64,000 nucleotides of DNA, taken from the NCBI GenBank assembly GCA_965243395.1, contig CBDEUS010000002.1, positions 1,216,001 through 1,280,000 on the forward strand. The letters are read 5' to 3'. Under the pieces are notes generated by a model that was not told where the DNA came from, ran no database searches, and was given only the letters and a program-made list of their open reading frames with translations. Source of the DNA: Gammaproteobacteria bacterium (GTDB taxonomy: Bacteria; Pseudomonadota; Gammaproteobacteria; UBA4575). Both the position numbers and the translations under genes were made by a program. This document shows, piece by piece, positions 10,600 to 19,743 of the stretch. How positions within the stretch are numbered: the first letter of the stretch is position 1; each line of letters opens with the position of its first letter.

Positions 10600-11538
10600 T
10601 TATATTTGCTGTCTGGAAAGTAAGCGTCTTGCAACGGACCGCAAGTATCGCCCAGAATTTAAATCAAATTTCTTTTTAAATGCTGGTGGTAAACACCGGC
10701 AAAGAATAGATTCAATAGCGTAGGAAATACGTAAAGTACGCAATCCCTGGCGGTAAGCTTTGCGATCAGAAATGCTGTAGTGCTTTCCCATCAATTGAAA
10801 AGCTTGAATGGAAATCTTAACAGTTTCTTTTCTAGGTGCTCCACTGGATAGTCCCTGTGAATGTATTCGGTAAAATCCCATTACCTCATCGATAAAGCCA
10901 TAATCACCATGTAATAGATTGCCTGTATGTAAAAGTATGTCACCAATAAGTGACTTCTTGAACCAATCCGGAGCAACATTCTCACGATTACGAAACACAA
11001 CACTCAGTACTGGTGAAAAAACTCCATAGCGTAGTAAGTAATCGAGAGAATATTGCTCTCTACGTATTGGTGGGTACCCCATATCTGAACATATGATTTC
11101 GTCGTTTTCGTTTACTTGCCCAACTTTATGATAACAGCCTGATAAGTTCGGATGATTTTCAAGATAACTTATCTGTTTTTGTAGTTTTTGATCATTACTC
11201 CAAAAATCATCGCCATCACATAAAGCGATATACTTTCCACGACATGCTCTTAATGTCTCAATATAATTAAATTGCCAGTTGCCGATGCAACCCTCGCGAT
11301 TCGGATCGTCACGTTTGCGTTCAAAAAGCCGAATGGTATCGGGATAGTTGCTCGCATACTTTTGACAAACTTCCCTTGTTCCATCATTTGAGTCGTCTTC
11401 ACCTAAGCATATTTCAAAACTAAAGTTGGTTTTTTGACAAAGGATACTATCGAGACATTTACTGATGTAGTTGACATGATTATAAGTGATGACCCACACG
11501 CTCACTAAAGGTGGATCGTTCTTTAGATGAACATTCAT
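10600..11538 (-). CDS. Glycosyltransferase family 2
   Basis: PLVSV..ITYNH, EDDSNDGT, GKYIALCDGDDFW (DxD), YRIH. Confidence 0.9.
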   Translation of the reverse strand: MNVHLKNDPPLVSVWVITYNHVNYISKCLDSILCQKTNFSFEICLGEDDSNDGTREVCQKYASNYPDTIRLFERKRDDPNREGCIGNWQFNYIETLRACRGKYIALCDGDDFWSNDQKLQKQISYLENHPNLSGCYHKVGQVNENDEIICSDMGYPPIRREQYSLDYLLRYGVFSPVLSVVFRNRENVAPDWFKKSLIGDILLHTGNLLHGDYGFIDEVMGFYRIHSQGLSSGAPRKETVKISIQAFQLMGKHYSISDRKAYRQGLRTLRISYAIESILCRCLPPAFKKKFDLNSGRYLRSVARRLLSRQQI

Positions 11539-11541
11539 TAA

Positions 11542-12525
11542 TTATTTGAAAAGGGGGGCTTTTCGTGACAATGCGTTTAAAATACGTTTGGCAACGGGAA
11601 TAGGGCCATGTGAACAACCTAAAAGAAGCATTTCTCTACACCTGCCGCGTAAAGTTACGCGTTCGTCTAGTCTTGAATAATAACGTTTAATAACGCGTAT
11701 TGCGCGCTGTTTGTTTAGTTCTCCATTATTTTGTATAAATCGTTGATTAACTGGACGTCTGTCTTGTACTTCGGGTAAGCGTCGCCAATCATCGTAGTAT
11801 GATAGGTATTGCTCAGGTTTAGAAGGAATCATAACTTTTAATCCATTATATTCGATATCTTTAAGAGGAAAAATATCTGTGTAACGATGATGTTGCATGG
11901 TATTTTCACGAGTAAAGTTATTAACGCAAAGTTCTTCAGGTTTGCAATTTTCACTTCTTGCCAGCAATTCAGCAGCATAGTCATTATAATAGTAATTTCT
12001 GAATTCTTTTTTTTCCTTACGGCTTAATGTTGGTTGTGAAGAATTTATCTTAAATCCGGTCGAGCAGTATGTCAGCATTTGGGACATTTCTCGTTCTTTA
12101 GAAATATCTTCAGGGGTATTTGGAAAAATTTTCATTGGAGCAATATCTATTCGCACTGGTAACCACCCTGGCGCCGCCATTACAAGCACTTGTAACGAGC
12201 CGAAGTATTCTGCCCATAATCGACCACTGTCCTCAGGATAAAAGAAAAGCAAGCGGCTATCATCTAATTTACAACGTTTGTGGAGAAGAGGGATAAGCTG
12301 ATCAAAATCTTCTTTGGGGACACATATATCCATATCGTCATCCCATGGAATAGGCTTTCCATGTCTCATTGCACCAATTAACGTACCACCATCCAACCAA
12401 TAAGAGAGATTATTTTCACGACAAACTTCGTCGACAATTGCTAATTGACCTAACAGCTGTTCTTGCATCTCCTCTAAGCCATCAATCGTGTAATACTCCA
12501 ATCCATCTTTGTTGATTAATTTCAT
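11542..12525 (-). CDS. LicD-family phosphotransferase (CDP-alcohol donor to glycan)
   Basis: YWLDGGTLIGAMRHGKPIPWDDDMDI signature; C-terminal DIFPL...IPSKPEQYL..Y.DW. Confidence 0.9.
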   Translation of the reverse strand: MKLINKDGLEYYTIDGLEEMQEQLLGQLAIVDEVCRENNLSYWLDGGTLIGAMRHGKPIPWDDDMDICVPKEDFDQLIPLLHKRCKLDDSRLLFFYPEDSGRLWAEYFGSLQVLVMAAPGWLPVRIDIAPMKIFPNTPEDISKEREMSQMLTYCSTGFKINSSQPTLSRKEKKEFRNYYYNDYAAELLARSENCKPEELCVNNFTRENTMQHHRYTDIFPLKDIEYNGLKVMIPSKPEQYLSYYDDWRRLPEVQDRRPVNQRFIQNNGELNKQRAIRVIKRYYSRLDERVTLRGRCREMLLLGCSHGPIPVAKRILNALSRKAPLFK

Positions 12526-12528
12526 TAT

Positions 12529-13206
12529 TTAAGTTTTTGGTTGGCCGAAATACTCTGATTGTTTTTCGCGATTGAAATTTCTATACAAGTAATCTAGATC
12601 TTGTGGCGTGTCAATTTCAAAGACATCAACAACTTCCGCAGCAATTGGCAACATTTTCTCAACTTCGTTATAAACAAAATTTGCATGTGGTGAAATTTGT
12701 AAATCTGAAAAATATGCAATTCCACACCATTCAAATTTATCAGGGGGACTTCTGCGGAAAGCTTCAATCATCTGTTGTTTTTTATTTAGCTCAACGAACA
12801 CTGCTTCTTGTGTAAATGATTCAGAAATACCGATTAGATTTCGGTGTTTACTGCAACTTTCTACAAAATGGAGAAACGAGTCTGGCTCAACATACATATC
12901 TCCATCTATAGATAAATAAGGTTCTGTGAGATCACGTGTTGCTAAATATAGACTGTATGCATTTGTGCTATTTGCATAGTTAGGATTCCTTACGAAAGTA
13001 ACGTCGGGGCGAAGTGCACGAACATAGTCAATGACTTGTTGTTCCTTAAAACCAACTACTATTCTGATATCAGGTACATTATTGAGAAGTTGCAACAAGT
13101 AGTAAATTAGACAGTGACCTTCAAGCTCTACCAAACATTTTGGTATATCTAGCCCTAACCTGTTACCTAATCCTGCAGCGGATATTACAGCATGTTTTAT
13201 TTCCAT
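12529..13206 (-). CDS. NTP transferase (LicC-like cytidylyltransferase)
   Basis: ISAAGLGNRLG..PKCL, VVGF, NPNY..TN.AYSL, DGD, FEIDTPQDL. Confidence 0.85.
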   Translation of the reverse strand: MEIKHAVISAAGLGNRLGLDIPKCLVELEGHCLIYYLLQLLNNVPDIRIVVGFKEQQVIDYVRALRPDVTFVRNPNYANSTNAYSLYLATRDLTEPYLSIDGDMYVEPDSFLHFVESCSKHRNLIGISESFTQEAVFVELNKKQQMIEAFRRSPPDKFEWCGIAYFSDLQISPHANFVYNEVEKMLPIAAEVVDVFEIDTPQDLDYLYRNFNREKQSEYFGQPKT

Positions 13207-13209
13207 TGC

Positions 13210-13818
13210 TTAAGGATTCCTTAATGTTGTTAATATGTTTAATAGACCATTTGGATGATAAGTTACAAAATCTGCCATTTTAATCAGAGTTTCAACCGGG
13301 TCATGAACTCCGCCATAAGCTATGCGTATGTCTGCTGCCTCAAATAGGGGAGTATCATTCATACCATCTCCTACAGCTACAATCTCGTCATATGAACTTT
13401 TTAATTCTTGAATGGCTTCGGACTTATTAATAATACGTGCAACACCCAGAAGTTTGTCATCCTCCCATTCTGCATCAGAGCTGAAAACTTTGCATTTCAA
13501 TTTAGGTTTAAGATCATCAATCCAAACATTCAGGTTGCCCGTAACTACGTAACAGTCAGTTTGGTTAGCATGTAAAAATTCTAAAAGACATTGTTCTATG
13601 GGTACGCCGGATATAATACGACGTACTTTAGAAATAGGAACTTCCGATAACAACCTCACACGTAAGCGAAACGAGTTCTCAAAAGGCAACAATCCTTCCA
13701 TTGTTGCTCGAGTCAAAGTGGAAATTTCTTCGAATAAGCCAATTTCTTTGGCTAGCATTGGAAGTATTTCCTCTGAAGTAAGTGTTCCATCCAGATCAAA
13801 ACAAAATGCTCTTTTCAT
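13210..13818 (-). CDS. HAD-IB family phosphatase/phosphotransferase (SerB/ThrH-like)
   Basis: FDLDGT (motif I), T..TMEG.LPF..SFRLRV cap, VTG (motif II), GDGMND (motif IV). Confidence 0.88.
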   Translation of the reverse strand: MKRAFCFDLDGTLTSEEILPMLAKEIGLFEEISTLTRATMEGLLPFENSFRLRVRLLSEVPISKVRRIISGVPIEQCLLEFLHANQTDCYVVTGNLNVWIDDLKPKLKCKVFSSDAEWEDDKLLGVARIINKSEAIQELKSSYDEIVAVGDGMNDTPLFEAADIRIAYGGVHDPVETLIKMADFVTYHPNGLLNILTTLRNP

Positions 13819-13825
13819 AAGAGAT

Positions 13826-14488
13826 TTATCCTTCAGATATTGCTTTGGTGCAGACGAATAAAAAATGACGAGTGTTAGGCCACTTATTTAACCAGTCGGG
13901 GAATATGTCGTGAAGCTCAACTGTTTCAAATCCAGAATCTAATATTCGTTGCTTTTCGTCCTCGTAATAGCGGTACTCGGCGTAATAGTTAGTATCAAGT
14001 TCTTCAGAAAATCGATCAACAATGACATCTTCCTTTATTCCACAGTGGATGTGCGCAATAAAATGGCCTCCAGGTTTAGTCATATTGAAAATGTTTTGAT
14101 ACAAATCTTGAATAAAACTCCCTTCTAGACATTGAATTACACCGGTTGCAAGAACCAAGTCAAATTGTTTATATAAACGAAATCCTATGATATCGGCATT
14201 GATAAGTTCGAGTTTTTTTGACTGTTGAATATATTGTGAAAAATTCTGAAACTTTTCCACTGCAGTAATATGGCCTACTAATTCGACAAGTTTGTTTACA
14301 ACTAATCCAGTGCCACTACCTAAATCGAGAACTGATAAATCAGGCTTAAGATACGGTCTTAGAAATTCGATTTCTAAATCTGAATAGTCACCTCGCTTAT
14401 TGCGCGTTTGTTGTGGGTCTGTGATCCGATTTGCAAGATTTGCCCAGTATTCTTTTGATATGGTTTTTTCATTTGCTTTCATAATCAT
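13826..14488 (-). CDS. Class I SAM-dependent methyltransferase
   Basis: VLDLGSGTG (motif I), FDLV, KPGG. Start may be 14482. Confidence 0.9.
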   Translation of the reverse strand: MIMKANEKTISKEYWANLANRITDPQQTRNKRGDYSDLEIEFLRPYLKPDLSVLDLGSGTGLVVNKLVELVGHITAVEKFQNFSQYIQQSKKLELINADIIGFRLYKQFDLVLATGVIQCLEGSFIQDLYQNIFNMTKPGGHFIAHIHCGIKEDVIVDRFSEELDTNYYAEYRYYEDEKQRILDSGFETVELHDIFPDWLNKWPNTRHFLFVCTKAISEG

Positions 14489-14523
14489 TAATCTTATGTC
14501 AGTTTATTATTTACCTTGAAGAT

Positions 14524-15834
14524 TTATATAGGGTTATGAGATTTTATATTTATTTTATAAATACTTATAAAAATATATGCGAATAACAACATCATTGCAT
14601 TTAATATTGCGACCGTATACACAACTCCTTCTACAGCAAAAAATTTAGCCGCAAAACTGTAGAAGATTAAGGCCAGTAGTGCAAAAGCTATTTGGATAAC
14701 AGCTAATTTTATTGTTTTCATTTCGGCACGAAGTTTTAATAATAGTTGTTGTGTTATACCATAAAATCCACCTGCCATGATTAGCCATGGGAATATCCAG
14801 CTATACGAGCGAAAATGCTCTCCCATTAGTAATTTAGCCAAAAAGGGGTGTGCAAAAAAAGCAATTATAACAACAAGTAAAACAGTAGCTAATGTTAATG
14901 TACTCAACCGGAACGTGCTCACCATAGCTTCGTCAATAGATTCAATAGTTTTTTCATAAACAATTGGAGCTAAAAATGTTAGTAGAATTCCACTTATGAT
15001 TAGCATCGGAATAAATGCTAATTGATGATAGGCCCCATAGATACCTACATCAGCAATATCGCAAAACCATCCTAATACCCATAGAGGCGACATCAAAAAA
15101 ATCCAGACACCAAAACCTACTATTAGCAAAGGTATAGCATAATTAATAAAAGACTTGCTTAATTGTTTTTGCTTCTCAAAATTTTTATTTTCTTGATTAT
15201 TGCGTAGAAGCTGAAAGCGTACATATAAAATGTGAAAGCAGGCGATAATACCAGCACCTAACAAAAACCCACTCATTGCGAATTCCGCTGATGCGGATCC
15301 AAAATAAATAAAAAAAGCAGCTATACTAAATCGTGTTAGTTCAAAAGAAACACGAAATATTGCGCTGACTTGACGTCGTCTTGCGCCTTCTACTAATCTG
15401 ACTCCAACACCTGAAATGAGCAGTACTATAGAAAAGCCAAATGTTAGCAAATATAAGGGATCTATTACTGGCCAATTTATGTAGCTGACCATTATCGCAC
15501 CTATTGCACAAATTATTGCGCTACCTACCCAGAAACGAAATATAATTTTTCGTAAATCACTTAGCCTATCTTCTGCACGATAAATCGAATAGAAACGCAT
15601 CGATGCACCTCCGACTGCATGCCCTACGACTTGGTCGAAAACTCCGGCAAGACTTATCATCAATGCAAGCCGTCCATATTCAACATGTGAGAGAAAGGTT
15701 GTGAGGAAGCGTGTTCCAGCTAAAACTACACTTATTGAAAAAATCGTACCGAATGCAACCCATAACATCTCACTGTTCATCCGCTTAGCAACTAGCATAA
15801 TATTTTTTATATAACAAATTCTTAGAATAGGCAC
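14524..15834 (-). CDS. Wzx-type oligosaccharide flippase
   Basis: About 12 hydrophobic segments, TRFLT..LS..EYG, FINYAIPL, DVGIY. Start uncertain (15834, 15798 or 15780). Confidence 0.8.
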   Translation of the reverse strand: MPILRICYIKNIMLVAKRMNSEMLWVAFGTIFSISVVLAGTRFLTTFLSHVEYGRLALMISLAGVFDQVVGHAVGGASMRFYSIYRAEDRLSDLRKIIFRFWVGSAIICAIGAIMVSYINWPVIDPLYLLTFGFSIVLLISGVGVRLVEGARRRQVSAIFRVSFELTRFSIAAFFIYFGSASAEFAMSGFLLGAGIIACFHILYVRFQLLRNNQENKNFEKQKQLSKSFINYAIPLLIVGFGVWIFLMSPLWVLGWFCDIADVGIYGAYHQLAFIPMLIISGILLTFLAPIVYEKTIESIDEAMVSTFRLSTLTLATVLLVVIIAFFAHPFLAKLLMGEHFRSYSWIFPWLIMAGGFYGITQQLLLKLRAEMKTIKLAVIQIAFALLALIFYSFAAKFFAVEGVVYTVAILNAMMLLFAYIFISIYKINIKSHNPI

Positions 15835-16617
15835 ATAATTGAATACGTATAGTTTTCAACTATTTCGAAACACAATTTACATTGATTCGAGATTAAGCTT
15901 ATATGGGCTGTTTTGTGGAATATAAATAAAGAATATAGAAACCGGAAATTGTAACATTACTGTGTCATTCATGAAAATCGCATAAACACCTAAATTATAA
16001 ATTGATTCACACAGTAGCGTGCATAGATAAAGTTAAATTAAAGTTTATATACAACGCGGTTCCACTAATAAGGGCTAAATATATTCTAGAAAATATTCAT
16101 TTGGTTCATGTGCAGATTTGGGGCCATCCCACTCATTAATAATTTAATTTAGAAGATATATAACCCAAACTAATTAAACATTCAGGTTTAATATTCTTTG
16201 TACAGTCTAGTACTGGATTTACATGACTGATAAAAATTATTTTGCTATAATATTTTGAATCGGTTGGAGATATTTAAGCATTTGCTTAGGTATGTCATCT
16301 ATGCGAAATGTGTTCGTAAAGCTAGACGTTCATTTTTAAACAGCTTGAGAAAATATTTTACAACAATATTCTGAAAAGAATTTAGTTTTAAAATAGCAAG
16401 TGCGTAATTAAGGTTGTTACACACTTTAAAGTAAATTAAGTGTCTTCGGGGACATCGTTTAAATAAATTCAACAAAATCGAGTGGCAATGAATGTGCTTC
16501 GTTGTCCTTGCGCGTCATTGTATTTTTTAACAAGGAATGTGTTAGAGCTTTATTAAATAGGCATGAGTAAATTTAGTAATCCAGTATATAGAAATATACA
16601 GATATTAATGTAGCCAC

Positions 16618-19602
16618 ATGACCGACAGTACTACTACTGATTTTTTTATTCCTAAGGTTCTTTGGGTTTTGTATTTCTGTTTTGCAACTTGTATTGCTCT
16701 TATCTTTCAGAAACTTGTATTACCTATGGTCCCATCATTGCATGCGGGAAGTGGTCTGCTAACTAACGATGCAATATATTTTCATACAATAGCAATAAAT
16801 TTAGCTGACCAAATTCGAGATGACGGTTGGTCTAATTGGTCACTGTGGCCAGCTCAAGGATGCGGGGCGAATGTTGCAGACTTGTCAATATTATATGTTT
16901 TTTTTGAACCTGACCCATCATTAGCTATTCCTATAAATGCTATATTGCACGCAAGTAGTGGTGTACTAATCTACTTAATTGCACATGCAATTTTTCCAGG
17001 ACGTGTTGGCAAATATGCTGGAATCTTTAGTTCAGTCCTTTTTATTGTGTTTCCTTCTAGTCTGAATTGGTATGCGCAGCTTCACAAAGATGGCTACGCA
17101 ATTTTAGGTATTTTAATTGTACTTTATTCATGGGTGCAGTGGACAGCACAAGAATTTAGTGTATCTAGGATTATTTTATTTCTAATTGGGAACATCGCAG
17201 GATGTATTTTAATTTTATCTGTTCGCCCTTATGCATTAGATGTGTTGTTTCTTGCTGTGGCTATATTACTCTTAATTTGTTTTTTTAATATTATTTTAAA
17301 TAAAAACAATATATGGATTAAATTTATAGGAGGTATATTCGCACTATTATTTATTGGGTTGTTTGTATTGTCAGTTCATACGCATAAATTAGGCAATAAT
17401 ATAAATTCCTTTATTTTATCTACTGGCTATAGTTTTAGTAGCGATAACTCTAGTGACGCTAGTTCTAGTAGTGATAGTTCTAGTGGTAATAGTTCTAGTA
17501 GCGAAAATTCTAGTAGCGATGATCAAGTAACGAATAATTGTCCAATCCAAAATGGGTGGCAATGGCAATCAGAAGATCTGGTTCCGGAAAAAATAGATAA
17601 TTTTGCTTATACAGCAGCAAAGGTGAGACTAATATCTATTTGTACAACTTATGAATCCAACTCCATTTACGATAAGCATAAAGCTCCAGATAATATTTTA
17701 AGTCTAGTTGGATACCTGCCAAGAGCAATTCAAATCGGATTATTTGCGCCATTTCCTAATACTTGGTTAAAAGAGATATCAATAACTAAAATAATTGGTT
17801 GGATTGAAATATTTGCATGGTATTTATTAGTTCCCGGAATAATTTATTTATTGTGTCAACGTCAGACTCAACAGATTTGGCTAGTATTAAGTTTTGCATT
17901 AGTTTTTTTGCTTGTGTATAGCTACGTTACTCCAAATCTAGGATCACTGCATCGAATTCGATATCCATTCATAATGCTATTGATGTTACTAGGTGCTTTA
18001 GGTTGGTGTCATTTAATTTTAAAACATTTTTACAGAGAGAACTTCAAGAAAAATATAAAGCAATTCTATCTTGATAATACAGGTGTATCTGCACCGGGAC
18101 GTGCAAAAATTCTTTATGCGGGTTTTTCAGTAGTTGGGTTCACTGCATTTTCTTTTTTATTGCTCTTTTATCGCGATGTTTTGATGGGCCAAAAATTTGG
18201 AGTTGGAACTGAACTTGATGCATTCTTTTTGGCCATGTTGTTACCTATGTTTATTGTAAATGTTTTTAGTATCCCTTTAGGTTCTGCTCTTATCCCGGTT
18301 TACCATAAGTTAAATACATCCTCTCAAAGAGATGCAGAATCGATGCTTTCAACATTGCTGTTCTATTCACTGTCTGGGCTAATATTAATTGGTGGCATGT
18401 TGCTCATTTTAGGAGAGACGATATATCCGAGTATAGTGAGCGATTTAGAAGAAGTTACAATTAGGAGAACATTAGATTTACTGCCTATCGCAGTACTAAT
18501 TCTAGTTTTAAGTATTGTAGTTATATTAGGTAATGCTGTACTCAATGCGAGACAAATTTACAGTTGGCCTGCAATTTTTCAAATTGTTGTTCCAGTTTGT
18601 GCAATCATATCTTTACTCGCATTTGGCAAGGAATTTAATGCAACTAGCGTTGCTGCAGGAATGCTTATTGGACAAATTATTAACTTAATTTTAGTAGTCT
18701 ACTTGTTATATAAAGATAATTTTAGATTAAAACTCAGTTTTCCAAATAAATTTCGAGGTGAAAATTATAACTCATTGTGGCAACTTTATGGTGCACTTGC
18801 TGTAGCTGCGTTATTTGTAAGTGCAGCTGCGGTGATTGATAATATTATGGCTTCTAGCCTTGGAGAAGGCAGTATAGGGGTTTATTCATTAGGAAATAAG
18901 GTAATAATATTTGTAACCGGTGTTATTGGCGCTGGTGTTACTTCAGTTGTATTACCACGATTTTCCGCTTTATTGTCACAAGGAAATATTGAGGGTTGTA
19001 GACGAGATCTTGCTTTTTTTATTTACATAGGAACGGCTATAACTATTCCAGCTGGATTAATATTGTTCGGATTATGTGATGATGTTGTACGTTTAATTTT
19101 TAAAGGCGAAATGATGACTATAGAAGATGCTGACGAAATTGGGCGTGTTGCTATATTTGGGGTTATACAACTTCCATTCTTTGTTTCACATGCCTTGCTA
19201 ATTAAGTTTGCTAATGCGAAACAAAAGGGAAGAATAGTTGTAATTACAGCCGCATTTGGTCTTTTGTTAAATATTGTATTAAATATTTTCTTAATGCGTG
19301 AAATTGGTGTAGCAGGTCTTGCGCTTGCAACAACGTTGTCTATGTTAGTGACCAGTTTTATCCTTTTAGCTATTATTATGAGACTCGGTTATCTCAGACC
19401 TCTCGAAATCGTATTAATCTCACTTTCGTGGGGGCTTTATTTAACTACTATATTATGTATATATTTTCGAAGTTATGCTGGAGTCGTAGTTTCTATTATT
19501 GCAATGATAATATTATTATGGGAAATTTGGATGATAAATCGAGAAAATGCTTCAAAAAGTGGGCCTAGGTTTTACTGGTTAAAAAACAGCTTTAGTTCTT
19601 AA
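16618..19602 (+). CDS. Fusion membrane protein: N-terminal Wzy/O-antigen ligase-like polytopic domain + C-terminal MurJ/MviN-like flippase
   Basis: aa ~1-470: multi-TM, DAIYFH, FPSSLNWYAQLHKDG, large loop, NLGSLHRIRYP. aa ~495-930: RDVLMGQKFGVGTELDAFFLA, IDNIMASSLGEGSI, TSVVLPRFS, IGVAGLALATTLS (MurJ-like). Confidence 0.75.
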   Translation: MTDSTTTDFFIPKVLWVLYFCFATCIALIFQKLVLPMVPSLHAGSGLLTNDAIYFHTIAINLADQIRDDGWSNWSLWPAQGCGANVADLSILYVFFEPDPSLAIPINAILHASSGVLIYLIAHAIFPGRVGKYAGIFSSVLFIVFPSSLNWYAQLHKDGYAILGILIVLYSWVQWTAQEFSVSRIILFLIGNIAGCILILSVRPYALDVLFLAVAILLLICFFNIILNKNNIWIKFIGGIFALLFIGLFVLSVHTHKLGNNINSFILSTGYSFSSDNSSDASSSSDSSSGNSSSSENSSSDDQVTNNCPIQNGWQWQSEDLVPEKIDNFAYTAAKVRLISICTTYESNSIYDKHKAPDNILSLVGYLPRAIQIGLFAPFPNTWLKEISITKIIGWIEIFAWYLLVPGIIYLLCQRQTQQIWLVLSFALVFLLVYSYVTPNLGSLHRIRYPFIMLLMLLGALGWCHLILKHFYRENFKKNIKQFYLDNTGVSAPGRAKILYAGFSVVGFTAFSFLLLFYRDVLMGQKFGVGTELDAFFLAMLLPMFIVNVFSIPLGSALIPVYHKLNTSSQRDAESMLSTLLFYSLSGLILIGGMLLILGETIYPSIVSDLEEVTIRRTLDLLPIAVLILVLSIVVILGNAVLNARQIYSWPAIFQIVVPVCAIISLLAFGKEFNATSVAAGMLIGQIINLILVVYLLYKDNFRLKLSFPNKFRGENYNSLWQLYGALAVAALFVSAAAVIDNIMASSLGEGSIGVYSLGNKVIIFVTGVIGAGVTSVVLPRFSALLSQGNIEGCRRDLAFFIYIGTAITIPAGLILFGLCDDVVRLIFKGEMMTIEDADEIGRVAIFGVIQLPFFVSHALLIKFANAKQKGRIVVITAAFGLLLNIVLNIFLMREIGVAGLALATTLSMLVTSFILLAIIMRLGYLRPLEIVLISLSWGLYLTTILCIYFRSYAGVVVSIIAMIILLWEIWMINRENASKSGPRFYWLKNSFSS
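17431..17520 (+). repeat. Degenerate 15-bp tandem repeat x6 encoding a Ser-rich linker
   Basis: agttttagtagcgat|aactctagtgacgct|agttctagtagtgat|agttctagtggtaat|agttctagtagcgaa|aattctagtagcgat. Confidence 0.9.
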
Positions 19603-19743
19603 GTTAAAAACAATGGTATTTAATATACCCTACATACATTAAGATAAAATCTTATAACAGTTTACTCAAATTTATTGTTTTATATTAAAAACGAAATTTA
19701 AATTTAACTAATTACAAAGATAAATTGAAACATTGCTAGACAC

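Noticed and set aside
16010-16021. ops/JUMPstart element as a standalone feature
   Set aside because: 9/12 match lacking the GGCGG core and about 600 bp from the next start codon; mentioned only as weak context.
16391-16413. AAATAGCAAGT...TAAGG resembling a Cas9 tracrRNA/sgRNA scaffold
   Set aside because: Only an 11-nt match in AT-rich DNA, with no repeat array or cas genes.
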